This document shows positions 49,521 to 61,710 of a stretch of 64,000 bases of DNA, piece by piece. The notes beneath the pieces are model-generated. The model saw only the letters and a program-made list of their open reading frames with translations, made no database searches and was not told the DNA's origin. Both the position numbers and the translations under genes were made by a program. Each line of letters starts with the position of its first letter. Within the stretch, counting starts at the first letter, position 1. This DNA comes from Octopus vulgaris (Eukaryota). The DNA is taken from NCBI GenBank assembly GCA_951406725.2, contig OX597833.1:55614001-55678000 (forward strand), written 5' to 3'.

Positions 49521-50725
49521 TCACACACACGCACGTTAGCTTACAATTTTATTTATATATTTGCGTGTCTGTGTTGAAAGAGGAAGTGGGAGGCAGAGTG
49601 AAAGAATCACTCACTACAGTAAGTAAATTACTTTCATTTTATTCGCTGCCCACTGTGTGTGTGCGTTTGCGTGTGGTGTAAACCAGACTAAGAAAAGCAT
49701 TTGACACACACACCAGAATGTGAGTTTTCTGTAAATTTTGCTTAATTGGAGTTTAAATTTTAAAAACTGGACCTGGCATGACGCGATGCATTGTACTCTT
49801 AAAATTGCTAGGTAAATTGTAATTGAAGAAATCCTATATTGTAGATTTGTATAACTCCCAAAGGGAGGCAGATAAAATCTGCCTTTTATAATAAGAGATA
49901 ACATAAATTAAATAATCTTATGTATTGGCTTAAGTTTTTCATTGTATGATTTGCCTAATAGTGGTTTTATCGCTAATTTAATATAATATAATATTTTACT
50001 ATAAAATTGGATTCAATCCTAAATCTGATTTTTCCCTGTAAGTTTGGATTTATTCCCTAATATTTATTATTAATTTATATATATTTATATATATATAAAT
50101 GTATATTGATAGGAATGGTAAGACAACAAAAGAATGAAAGAGACCTCGATATTATGTAAATAGAGGAATTTTTTCTGTAAAATTAATATGTGACAATTAT
50201 TCAGTATCCATGATAAAATTCCGAGTTTCAGATGTCGGAGCAGAAACCCACGCTGCCATCTCTTCAGTTATATGGCCACTGAAAAATTATATACATATAT
50301 ATATACATACATATATACATAGGCGCAGGAGTGGCTGTGGTAAGTAGCTTGTTTACCAACCACATGGTTCCGGGTTCAGTCCCACTGTGTGGCACCTTGG
50401 GCAAATGTCTTCTACTATAGCCTCGGGCCAACCAAAGCCTTGTGAGTAGATTTGGTAGACAGAAACTGAAAGAAGCCCTTCGTATATATGTATATATCTA
50501 TATGCGTGTGTGTGTTTGTGTGTCTGTGTTTGTCCCCCTAGCATTGCTTGACAACCGATGCTGGTGTGTTTATATCCCCGTTACTTAGCGGTTCGGCAAA
50601 AGAGGCCGATAGAATAAGTACTGGGCTTACAAAAGAATAAGTCCCGGGGTTGAGTTGCTCGATTAAAGGCAGTGCTCCACCATGGCCACAGTCAAATGAC
50701 TGAAACAAGTAAAAGAGTAAAAGAG

Positions 50726-50791
<66 letters not shown>

Positions 50792-50897
50792 CATGTATAT
50801 GAATGTATATGCGAGTGTGTGCTTACATGTATGTGCGTGTGTGTGCATGTATGTTTTCTCCAAACTTGGAAATACACAGAACCACCAACATATTTAC

Positions 50898-51107
50898 CTT
50901 CTGTAAGGGGCCTTAGATATAGACCAATGTAAGAGTGAGGGTTCAGTGAGGCCTTCCTCCTCCATCAGTTTCTGGGCATAGCTGATCATCGAAGCATACA
51001 TCCGTGGAATAATCATGGGGCTGAAATGGCCACCCCAGTACTCCTCTCGCATCCTTGTTTCCGGGTTAACTGCCAAGCCGTCACCATCTCGAACATCATA
51101 CAACAGA
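50898..51107 (-). CDS. SMYD-like gene, coding exon 3
   Basis: TTGCAG| acceptor (phase 2) and AG|GTAAAT donor (phase 2); LLYDVRDG..APYR. Confidence 0.85.
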
Positions 51108-51142
51108 CTGCAAGCAAAGAAATGAAAAGGAAGACATATATA

Positions 51143-51179
<37 letters not shown>

Positions 51180-51184
<5 letters not shown>

Positions 51185-51416
51185 ACACTGCTTTCTTAAA
51201 GAACGAATGGAATAGATTGCAAATGTAGCCTTAGAAATCCCTAAAAAGAGCAGGAAGGTCATGGCTGGAGTGTTTTTCATGATAAGTATGGTTGGTCAAG
51301 ATTCACCTAACTTATCATGAAAAGCACTCCAGCCATGACCATCCTGTTTCTTTAAGGATTTCTAAGGCTACATTTGTAACGTATTCCATTCTTTCTTTAA
51401 GAAAGCCGTGTGTGAT
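51180..51416. repeat. Inverted repeat of a dispersed repeat (related copy at 43620-43835)
   Basis: TCACACACTGCTTTCTTAAAGAA...TTCTTTAAGAAAGCCGTGTGTGA. Confidence 0.7.
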
Positions 51417-52427
51417 TTGAGGGCGTTTTGCCTGCTATTTCTAGCAGGACAAGCGACCATGTAGAAACTTCCTTATTGACATTTTAGTATTATTCCAGTG
51501 TCTATCGATACTGGAAAAAGGTATAAGTATTTGTGAAGGGAACAACTTCCCATCGACAACTGTGATTGTCACACGCCGATGACAGGTCAATATTCAGAAA
51601 CTCGAGTCCGTGTGTATCATAAGTTGAAGACAGGAAGGATGACTTCCCTTTGCAAATACTGCTAAGCATTTCATCCAGTGCGGTAATGATTCAGCCAGTT
51701 TATTGCCTTAGTCATCATCATCCTCATCATCATCATCATCATCACCGTTTAACGTCTGCTTTCCATGCTAGCATGGGTTGGACGATTTGACTGAGGACAG
51801 GACTGGCAAACCAGATGGCTGCACCAGGCTCCAATCTGATCTGGCAGAGTTTTTACAGCTGGATGCCCTTCCTAGCGCCAACCACTCCGAGAGTGTAGTG
51901 GGTGCTCTTACGTGCCACTGGCATGGGTGCCAGTCAGGCGGTACTGGCAATGGCCATGCTCAAATGGTGGTTTTTACGTGCCACCTGCAGAGGAACCAGT
52001 CCAGCGGCACTGGCAACTACCTCGCTCGAATGTTTTTTTCCCGTGCCACCAGCACAAGTGCCAGTAAGGTGACGCTGGTAACAATCATGCTCGAATGGTG
52101 CCTTTGAGTGTTGCCTTAAGTAAATATGAGTTTGAAATTCTGAGACAAGGCTAGCAATTTCAGGGGTGTGGGGCCAGTCAATTACAGCAACCCCAGTGCG
52201 TAACTGGTACCTAATTTATCGACTCCGAAAGGATGAAAGGCAAAGCTGACCTCAGCATAATTTGAATTCAGAATGTAAAGACAGATGAAACATCACTAAA
52301 CATTTTACCTGGCTTGTTAATCAATTCTCCCAGCTTTCTGATTTAGTGTAAATAAATACCATGTGTAAAATGGTTATAGAATGGAGTAAATGAGTATTCT
52401 GTGATAAATGGGAGAGAACTCATGGTA

Positions 52428-52706
52428 CAATTTTAAATTGAATCTTGTAATTTTAATTTGAATTTTGTAATTTTAATTTTAATTTTATAATTTTAATTTG
52501 AATCTTATAATTTTAATTTTAATTTTATAATTTTAATTTTAATTTTATAATTTTAATTTGAATTTTTTAATTTGAATTTGAATTTTGTAATTTTAATTTG
52601 AATTTTATAATTTTAATTTTAATCTTATAATTTTAATTTTAATTTTATAATTTTAATTTTAATTTTATAATTTTAATTTGAATTTTATAATTTGAATTTG
52701 AATTTT
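52428..52706. repeat. 20-bp AT-rich minisatellite
   Basis: AATTTTATAATTTTAATTTG units. Confidence 0.9.
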
Positions 52707-52749
52707 CTCTTCTCAAAAGCAGCACCATCACATTAAGAAGGTTACTCAC

Positions 52750-53263
52750 TTGGCAGCTGGATTGTTCTTTGGGCATAACACTCGGTGGTAACCTTCAATT
52801 GCTTCTGTCCGACAAGCTTTGCTGCAGTAGTTCTCACGGTAGCAGTCCTCGCAAGCCACCGAGAACCTCTTCGGCCAGTAGGACTCAATTAACTCTTTTA
52901 ATTCCTCTTTCATCGTGTTGAGTTTATCACCAAAGTAATGCTCAGGCTCCATCAGCGAATAGCCACAGTTATCACATGTAGGAGAAGTTTTGTGGGTATC
53001 CGTGGTTTGCCCGATGACCAATGGACAGTCCTTGAAGATGACCCCATTCGCTTCGATGTCTCTCGTAGCTACAACAGCTTTTCCGTAGCGGGAAAAGACT
53101 ACTTCTACTGGGTAGTCTAGACAAAGTGGGGAGTAGAGACGTTTGACACGAATTTGCTGGAAAGCAATCTTGCACTCTTCATCAGCGTTGTTAGAAAACT
53201 GTGTGGCCTTACGAATCCAGAATTCAGCCAGAACCGGCAGATCTAAATCTTTTAGAATCAGTC
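52750..53263 (-). CDS. SMYD-like gene, coding exon 2
   Basis: TTACAG| acceptor (phase 1) and AA|GTGAGT donor (phase 2); SET-N YGKAVVATRDI and internal MYND-like CDNC..CEDC..YCSKAC..HRVLC. Confidence 0.9.
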
Positions 53264-53473
53264 CTGTAATAGGAAAGGTTGATAGAGAGATATTAACAGA
53301 TAGACAGATCGGTAGCTGGATAGAGAGAGAGAGAGAGATCAATAGGTAGGTAGGTGGATGGGTGGGTAAGTAGATAGGTATGTGGGAAGGTAGGTAGGTA
53401 GGTAGGTAGGTTGGTAGGTATGTATGTAGGCAGGTAGACTGGTAGATCAATAGGTAAGTAGGTAGGTATGTAG

Positions 53474-53505
<32 letters not shown>

Positions 53506-53616
53506 AAAGAGAGAGAGAGAGGGAGGTAAATAGAAAGACAGACAGATAGACTGACAGACAGGCGGACAGACAGACACACAGAGATAGATAGATAGATAGA
53601 CAGACAGAGAGATAGA

Positions 53617-53656
<40 letters not shown>

Positions 53657-53696
53657 GTGATATAGATAGATGGATGGATGGATGGATGGATGTATG

Positions 53697-53751
<55 letters not shown>

Positions 53752-54746
53752 GGATGGATGGATAGATAGATAGATAGATAGAAGACAGAGACAGACAGAC
53801 AGAGTAGGGAAAGAAGTTTGATACTTGATGTTTTATGTTTTTTCTATTCATTGAAAAGATGCTTTAACCCGCACCTCCACCATATGCACATACAATCTAA
53901 TGTGTGACCAGGCTACATGGTAATTAGATATGCTAGAAATAATAGCCAAATCTCCCTTCCACCAAAACATAATACACCATAATATCAAACAAGGAAAAAG
54001 CTCACGAGTAGTTTGCATTGTAAGATTTGTGATACTCCAATGACAGAGAATAAGGTTTTGAATGTTTAATGTCAACTTTGTGAAGGTGAGTTGAGAAAGT
54101 ACTGATTCATTGACCGATGTAGACATGATATGCATAAACATCTCAACTCTCTCCTAATTTAAGGTTAAGATGAAAAAAAAAAATCAAACCAAATTCGACG
54201 ACTGGCACCCATGCCAACCTCCCTTCATTGGACACTAACCTCTGCTTGTGAAGACCTGTTGGAGCAAGTGAAATTGAAATCGAAATTGAACCAAATTCGA
54301 TGAATGACACCCATGCCAGTGGAGCGCTAACAGCTCCATCTGAGTGGGATCACTGCCAGAGCGGCTGTCTGGCTTCCATGCCGGTGGCACATTGTAAAAA
54401 GCACCATTTGAGCGTGATCGTTACCAGCGTCGTCTTACTGGCACTTGTGCCAGTGGCATGTGAAAAAACATTCAAGCGAGGTACCACTGGACTGACTCCT
54501 GTGCAGGTGGCACGTAAAAAACACCATTTCGAGCATGACAATTGCCAGTACCACCAGACTGGCCCTCGTGCTGGTGGTACGTAAAAGCACCCACTACACT
54601 CACGGAGTGGTTGGCGTTAGGAAGGGCATCCAGCTGTAGAAACTCTGCCAGATCAAGATTGGAGCCTGGTGCAACCATCTGGTTCGCCAGTCCTCAGTCC
54701 AATCGTCCAACCCATGCTAGCATGGAAAGCGGATGTTAAATAATGA

Positions 54747-54780
<34 letters not shown>

Positions 54781-54844
54781 TAGCTAAACACAGAAGGGAC
54801 AAAATACAATAGTAGAGCTTTTCTTTTTGGGAAGGAGAGAAGGG

Positions 54845-55072
54845 GAAAAGGGGTGGGGGCGAATTCCGATCAGAAGGGATCGGAAAAAAAGGGGTGGGGA
54901 ATTCCGATCAAAAGGGATCATGAAAAAAAGGGGTGGGGAATTCCAATCGAAAGAGATCGTGAAAAAAGGTGGGGGCAAATTCCAATCAAAAGGGATTGGT
55001 AAAAAAAGGGGTGGGGGAATTCTGATCAAAAGGGATCGTGAAAAAAAAAGTGGGGCCGATCAATAGGGATCG
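54845..55072. repeat. ~33-bp G-rich minisatellite
   Basis: GGGGTGGGGAATTCCGATCAAAAGGGATC.TGAAAAAA units. Confidence 0.75.
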
Positions 55073-55528
55073 TGTATCACAGAAATGTCAATGTAAAAAG
55101 GGAAAACAGATTAGGTTTGTCTGTGGATAGAAAAGCCTACGGAAAAGACCACGGGAACTTCAGCAAACTAAATGCAATGTAGCTTGATGCTTATGTTGAA
55201 CACAACATGACCTAAACAGAATGGTGCCTAATGAAATATGTAACACTGGTCTAGAACAGAACAAAGCATAAATTAACCCTTTAGCATTGAAACTGACCAT
55301 ATCTGACCCAAACATTCTACATATTTCATGTTGAAACTGGCCATATCCAGCCTCTCACACCTACCTTACAATGTAAACAGTCACATTTTCAAAATTTTGA
55401 AATAAGCATTACATTTGATAAATTAATCCGAATGCTAAAATGTTAAACTACAGTATCTAAGATTAGTAAGAGATTATTGTCTTATGGCAGTGGTTCTTAA
55501 CTTTTATTTTTCTTGTAGTCCCATCCCA

Positions 55529-55834
55529 TAGTAGAGATTCCTTCTCGAGCCATGCCTGGCTCCAAAGGGCCGGTTTCCCAGTTTCTTGGTGTATAGGTTC
55601 CCCACCTGGACGGGACACCGGTCCGTCGCAGGTGAGCTGCAAGATGCAGGAGGAAAGAGTGAGAGAAAGTTGTGGCGAAAGAGTCAGCAGAAGTTTCGCC
55701 ATTACCTTCTGCTGGAGCCGCGTGGAGCTTAGGTTTTTTACTCATAAACACACACATCGCCCGGTCTGAGATTCGAACCTGCAATCCCTCGACAGTGAGT
55801 CTGCTGCTCTAACCATTAGGCCATATGCCTCCAC
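55529..55834 (-). mobile_element. SINE family C variant
   Basis: tRNA-like head at the right end; TSD AGTCCCATCCCA. The empty-site version occurs at 57190-57201. Confidence 0.75.
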
Positions 55835-56304
55835 AGTCCCATCCCATCACTTTTAAGCAATTGGTATGCCTAGTGCCCACCTAAGTGGCAACTGAGGTAT
55901 CACAACTAAACTAACTTAAACTAGATGATAATTTATAAATTTTACTCTAAAAATGGATTGCATAAGTTTTTAACAGTGAAATGACAAAAAAAAAAATTAA
56001 TAAAGGCAAAACTTGTAAATTTACTTTATAAATTAATTACCAGTTAATGACTTCCCTGTGCCTGGTGAGCTCTCATCTCATTTCAATGACCATAACTAGT
56101 TTTAACATGTATAATATGATCATGACTATAGGTAAAATTAACGCTGGAGTCGCCGTGTGGTAAGTAGCTTGCTTACCAACCACATGGTTCTGGGTTCAGT
56201 CCCACTGTGTGGCACCTTGGGCAAGTGTCTTCTACTATAGCCTCGGGTCAACTAAAGCCTTGTGAGTGGATTTGGTAGACAGAAACTGAAAGAAGCCCAT
56301 CGTA

Positions 56305-56348
<44 letters not shown>

Positions 56349-57525
56349 CTGCTTGCTTAGCCAGTGGGGTGGCGTCATTTGAAGGCTAAAACAATGCGAA
56401 GCGCATTGTGACCAGCGATGTGTAGCAACATCTGATAGCCTGGTCGGTCATGGTGATCACAGTGATATATATATATATGTATGTATGTATGTATGTGTAT
56501 ATGTTTGTGTGTCTATTTGTCCCCCCAACATCGCTCGACAACCAATGCTGGTGTGTTTACGTCCCCGTAACTTAGCGGTTCAGCAAAAGAGACTGATAGA
56601 ATAAGTACTAGGCTTACAAAGAATAGGTCCTGGGGTCGATTTGCTCGACTAAAGGCGGTGCTCCAGCATGGCCACAGTCAAATGACTGAAACAAGTAAAA
56701 GAGTAAAAAGAGAGTTACTGCTCCCTAAAGCCTAATGCCTCCTAAGGCCAACACCTTCAATATGCCCAGCACCCCCTTGGAAGTGGTATGGCCCTTGTTG
56801 AGAAGGTCTGTCTTGTAGTCTTCTATAACAGTCTTTCTTATAGACTCATAGAAAGTACCAATATTACTTTTTGAAGATGCTACATAATATTCTTTCAACT
56901 GCAGTGACATGTCTAGAGTGTGTGTCACGCCGGACAGTCCATGCATTAGTGAGGCTCCATCCTCCACCTCACCCACTGGGCCCCTAATCCTATATAAACT
57001 TAATCCTATACAACACTAACTGGCCATATCCTGCCTCTCACACCTGTAAACAGTCACATTTCCAAAATTTTGAAATAAGCATTACATTTGATAAATTAAT
57101 CTGAATGCTAAAATGTTAAACTGCAGTATCTAAGATTAGTAAGAGATTATAGTCTAATGGCAGTGGCTCTTAACTTTTATTTTTCTTGCAGTCCCATCCC
57201 ACCACTTTTAAGCAATTGGTATGCTTAGTGCCCACCTAAGTGGCAACTGAGGTATCACAACTAAACTAACTTAAACTGGATGATAATTTATAAATTTTAC
57301 TCTAAAAATGGATTGCATTAGTCAGACTCCATCCTTCACCCCACCCACCCACTGGGCCCCTAATCCTATATAAACTTTTGCAACAGACCCAAAATTGCCA
57401 TCCCCACAAAAGCATTGCCTGCAGTGGACTGCCTTAGCCTCAACTATGCTATTGCTCAAATGAGATGTTATAAAACTTGACACTCCCAAATGTCAAAGCA
57501 ACTTTCTAATTCACAACACTAACTT

Positions 57526-57751
57526 TTAACCCTTTAGCGTTCAGATTATTCCATCAAACATAATGCCTATTGATTCCCATTGATTTGAATTAATCCTGCA
57601 TTATCTCATATCTTCAAGATCTTGATGGTGTAATTACTTAATGTAGAATAACATTGTAGGGTAGGTGTAAGAGCCAGGATCTGGTCAGTTTGAACATAAA
57701 GCAGATTAACTATTTGGCCGGATATGGCCGGTTTAAATACTAAAGGGTTAA
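57526..57751. mobile_element. piggyBac-like MITE
   Basis: TTAA-CCCTTTAG ... CTAAAGGG-TTAA; shorter related copy at 55272-55446. Confidence 0.7.
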
Positions 57752-57921
57752 TATCCACTGAACTTAAGAAAAATTAAGGAAAAAATTGTAAAAATATTAA
57801 TCAACAAGATATACCACAGATTAAAAATTAATTTTGCGGTACTGTCATCGAAAAATGGATTTAAAAATCCCATTTATATCCCCCAGAATCCTTATCAGAC
57901 CAAACTAAAAATCATACATAC

Positions 57922-58705
57922 CTCCAAGTTTCCAGATTTCGTGATTCCTTAAAGTTTTTGGTATTAACCAGAGCTGTTGTAAGGATTCTAAGTTTTTTTC
58001 CATCTGAAAGCAAAGCCTGGCTTTAAATAAACGGAAATTGTGATTTGTTTTATCCAACAGGATAGCCATATCAAAGAACTGCATCGCTTCTTCCAACTGG
58101 CCTCGCATTTGACAAGTCTGACCCTGAATTGCTAATTTGGCTGGGTTCTTCATATGTGCAGGCAAAAAGCTTAATCTGGGATCATCATCAGGCTCATTTG
58201 CTTCAGATACAATCTTATAATTTACTTCAAGAATCTCTTTCTCATTCTTCAGAAGAAGATCATCCCCTGGGTAAATGTCCTGGGTACAGAATTTCGTTGG
58301 ACTCAAGTTTTCTTCCTCTGCTTCACCATCTTTGGAATTTGCTTCATAGGCATCAAGAATTTCCTTCTGGATCGTTTTCAGGTCTGCAATTACTTCAGGG
58401 TTGCCAGGTTCGGTTTTAAGAACGTTCTTGTAATAAGTGAGGGCTTCTTCATATTTTCCTTGTTTGGCAGCTATTTTACCAGCCAAAATATAAACGGGAG
58501 TGGTGGTTAGTCCACTTGCGATGGCTTCTTTAACATCTGCCTGTGCGTTTTGAAAACTGTTTAGATGATAACTACATTTGGCACGCTTGAAAAGATATTG
58601 TGGATCAATGATGGGATTTGTTAACAGAGTATCATACTTCTTAATCGCTTCTTTATAATTCTTATTTTCAATCTGTTTTTCTGCTTGCCTCTCAATAGCT
58701 TCCAT
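57922..58705 (-). CDS. SMYD-like gene, coding exon 1 (TPR repeats)
   Basis: ATG at 58705; TPR patterns (KQGKYEEALTYYKNVLKTEPGN; GQLEEAMQFFDMAILLD); donor GAG|GTATGT (phase 1). Possible 5' UTR acceptor at 58915. Confidence 0.88.
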
Positions 58706-58797
58706 TGTTGTGTTTTCTGGTATTAATCAAAATCTTAATGTGCTTCAGTTCTAATCTCACTTCAAACACAATATGATTCCAAACTCAGACTTCCACA

Positions 58798-58828
<31 letters not shown>

Positions 58829-59262
58829 CTTAGACTATATGTAGTTTTGGTTTTTCAAATATAAATTCCGAAATTTGTTTTCCTTCTGACTAGTCTTGCA
58901 GCATTCTCTTAAAACCTGCTGAGAAAAGAATAAGAAAACAATGTTAAAAGTAAGATAATCACACACAATAGTTAGATATTGGAATGCAGAAAAGAGATGT
59001 ATTGAACAATCAATTTCTCTCTCTCTAAGAAAAGTTAGGATATGGAATATAGATGATCGATTTCATCTCATCCACCGAGTTTAGAACAGAAGGAACTATG
59101 AAGCAATGAGGGAGCCTCTACATTGTCACTTTGCTTGCCATAAATAACAGCCAAATATCCCTAAAATCATGTCTTATCACATTCAGAAGAAGAAAGGACT
59201 TATAGGGACAAACCACTCTATGGGTATGTGATTATGCATATGCATGTGTGTATGTGTGCATG

Positions 59263-59815
59263 TTAAGTTAAGTTAGTTAGTTAATTTTTTGGCTCAAAAA
59301 GCAAAAAGCAAGGCCATGTAGGGGGACATGGGGTTATGTACAGGGTGGTGTTGATGCAAAGAGTTCAGGCCATTTGTGGTCAAGGGAGACTTTGAACCAA
59401 GCGGTCGTCGGCATCTTCACTATCTCGTCCGGCAGCTTATTCCATGGATTCGCAACCCGGACGGAGAAAGCCCCTTTCCTTCGATTGAGATGAAATCATC
59501 GCGGATAGAGCTTTTCGGAGTAACCCCGCAGCCGACGCTCTGCAACAGGAGTGAAGAACAGCTCTTTCGAGAGGTTACACTTTCCACTTATGATGTTGTG
59601 AGCAAGAATGAGATCACCACGGCGTCGTCGTTTTTCTAGAGAATAAAGGTCGAGCGTCTTCAGGCTTTCTTCATAAGACAAATGCTTGAGACCAAGAACC
59701 ATGCGGGTAGCCAGCTTCTGGACTCTTTCGAGATGCTGTATGTCTTTGAGGAGATAAGAGAAGAGGCTTGAATCCCGCACTCCAATATGGGTCTCACCAG
59801 TGTGACATAGAGCGG
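59263..59815 (-). mobile_element. CR1-like LINE 3' fragment
   Basis: LVRPILEC..LERVQKLATRMV.GLKHLSYEE.L..L.LYSLEKRRRRGDLI; (TAAC)n tail; same family as 38132. Confidence 0.85.
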
Positions 59816-60113
59816 TAGGAATATGGCTGCTATGAGCATCCCAAAAGACCGTCGAATCAAAAACATGTGTGTGTGCGTATGTGTTTTTGTATTCATGCAT
59901 GTTTCTATGGATGTGTGTATGTATGTATTATCATCATCTCATCATCAACATCATCATCATCCTCATCATCATCGTTTAACGTCCATTTTCCATGTTGGCA
60001 TGGGTTGGTGAGCTCTACAGGGACAATGCCAGGTTCCATAATGTGGTTTTGGCTTGGTTTCTACATCTGGATGATATATATACATGTGTGTGTGTGTCTG
60101 TACATACACATGC

Positions 60114-60169
<56 letters not shown>

Positions 60170-60500
60170 CATCATCATCGTTTAACGTCCGTTTTCCGCA
60201 CTAGCACGGGTTGGACGGTTCGACCGGGGTCTGGGAAGCCAGGGGCTGCACCAGGCTCCAGTCTGATCTGGCAGTGTTTCTACAGCTGGATGCCCTTCCT
60301 AACGCCAACCACTCTGCGAGTGTAGTGGGTGCTTTTTACGTGCCACCTGCACAGGATATATATATATATATATATATATTTCTTGATTGCCCACAAGGGG
60401 CTAAACATAGAGGGGACAAACAAGAACAAACGGATTAAGTCGATTATATCGACCCCAGTGCATATGTATGTGTGTGTTTATATATATATATATATATATA

Positions 60501-60778
60501 TAGTGGCGGACTGGCTAGGTTGCCAGCTTGTCCGATGGCAAGCGGGCCCCTGTGCCATTAGAATCCATATATGAGGGCCCTCAAGTCGGGGATTTTTTAT
60601 TCCTGGAAGAATGCATTATTTCAGCCTGGCTGTGTTTGTAGACAGTTGGAAAGAATACTTTTAACAAATAAAAATAAATAAATGATACCATTGTTGTTGC
60701 AGGTGGGCCCCATTTTAGTTGTGGGTGGGCCCCTTAGTCTCCTGGCAACCAATATTTTTTAGACCCAGTCTGCCACTG
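60501..60778. mobile_element. hAT-like MITE
   Basis: TAGTGGCGGACTGG ... CCAGTCTGCCACTG TIRs. Confidence 0.55.
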
Positions 60779-61457
60779 TCGTCCTTGTTTTCGTATACAT
60801 TCACTGCTTTCTTCCAAGGGATCTAATGCTCTTAGCTTAGCTTTTCCTTGGGGCTGGCCAGATCGGAGCAATCTTGAGTATAACCAGGACGTCGAGAGAG
60901 AGAGAGAGAGAGAGAGGGGTAAGACAATGATGTTTCCGTTCTTGTTTAGCCCAAGGTCAGCCCTGATCGAACATAGGCATACATATGATCAAAGTCATTT
61001 TAGCTACGATTATCCCATCTTTGCGTTGTTTGTTTTGTTTTTGTTTTTGGGGTTTTTTTGCTTTTTTCTTACAAAAAGAACACGTCCTGACCCCTTTTTT
61101 AAAGAAAAATACAGTACGGTGTAATGTGAGGGCGATTTTGACTGCTATTTTCAAGCACGCTGCACCCCCCCTACCCCACCTCACCCCGCTTGCTTTGTTA
61201 TGTTGATTGGCAGTTGTTGACTGTAGCGTTAGTTGGTGGTGGTGGTGGTGGAGGTAGTGTAGGTGATGGTGGCGGTGGTGGTGTTGCCGATGTTTGTAGG
61301 GTCTTTTATAAAGGACGTATATAGTCAGATCACCCGAAGAATGTTTAGGGATGTATGCGTAAGACAGACAGACAGACAGACAGAGAAAGAGAGAGAGATT
61401 GTAAATAAAATAAATATTCTTCTTTCGTAATCAAAATAAAGTCAATAACATTCCACA

Positions 61458-61710
<253 letters not shown>

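Larger units (their letters stand above)
45577..49898 (-). mobile_element. Head-to-tail dimer of a composite non-autonomous Helitron (units 45577-47757 and 47758-49898)
   Basis: Minus strand A|TC...hairpin-CTAG|TC...hairpin-CTAG|T; two near-identical ~2.15-kb units; lies in the last intron of the SMYD-like gene. Confidence 0.78.

Noticed and set aside
56725-56976. 83-aa minus-strand ORF as an extra SMYD exon
   Set aside because: Ends in a stop, and the flanking exons already join in phase with continuous sequence (KLGG-LILKD). More likely a decayed retroelement piece.
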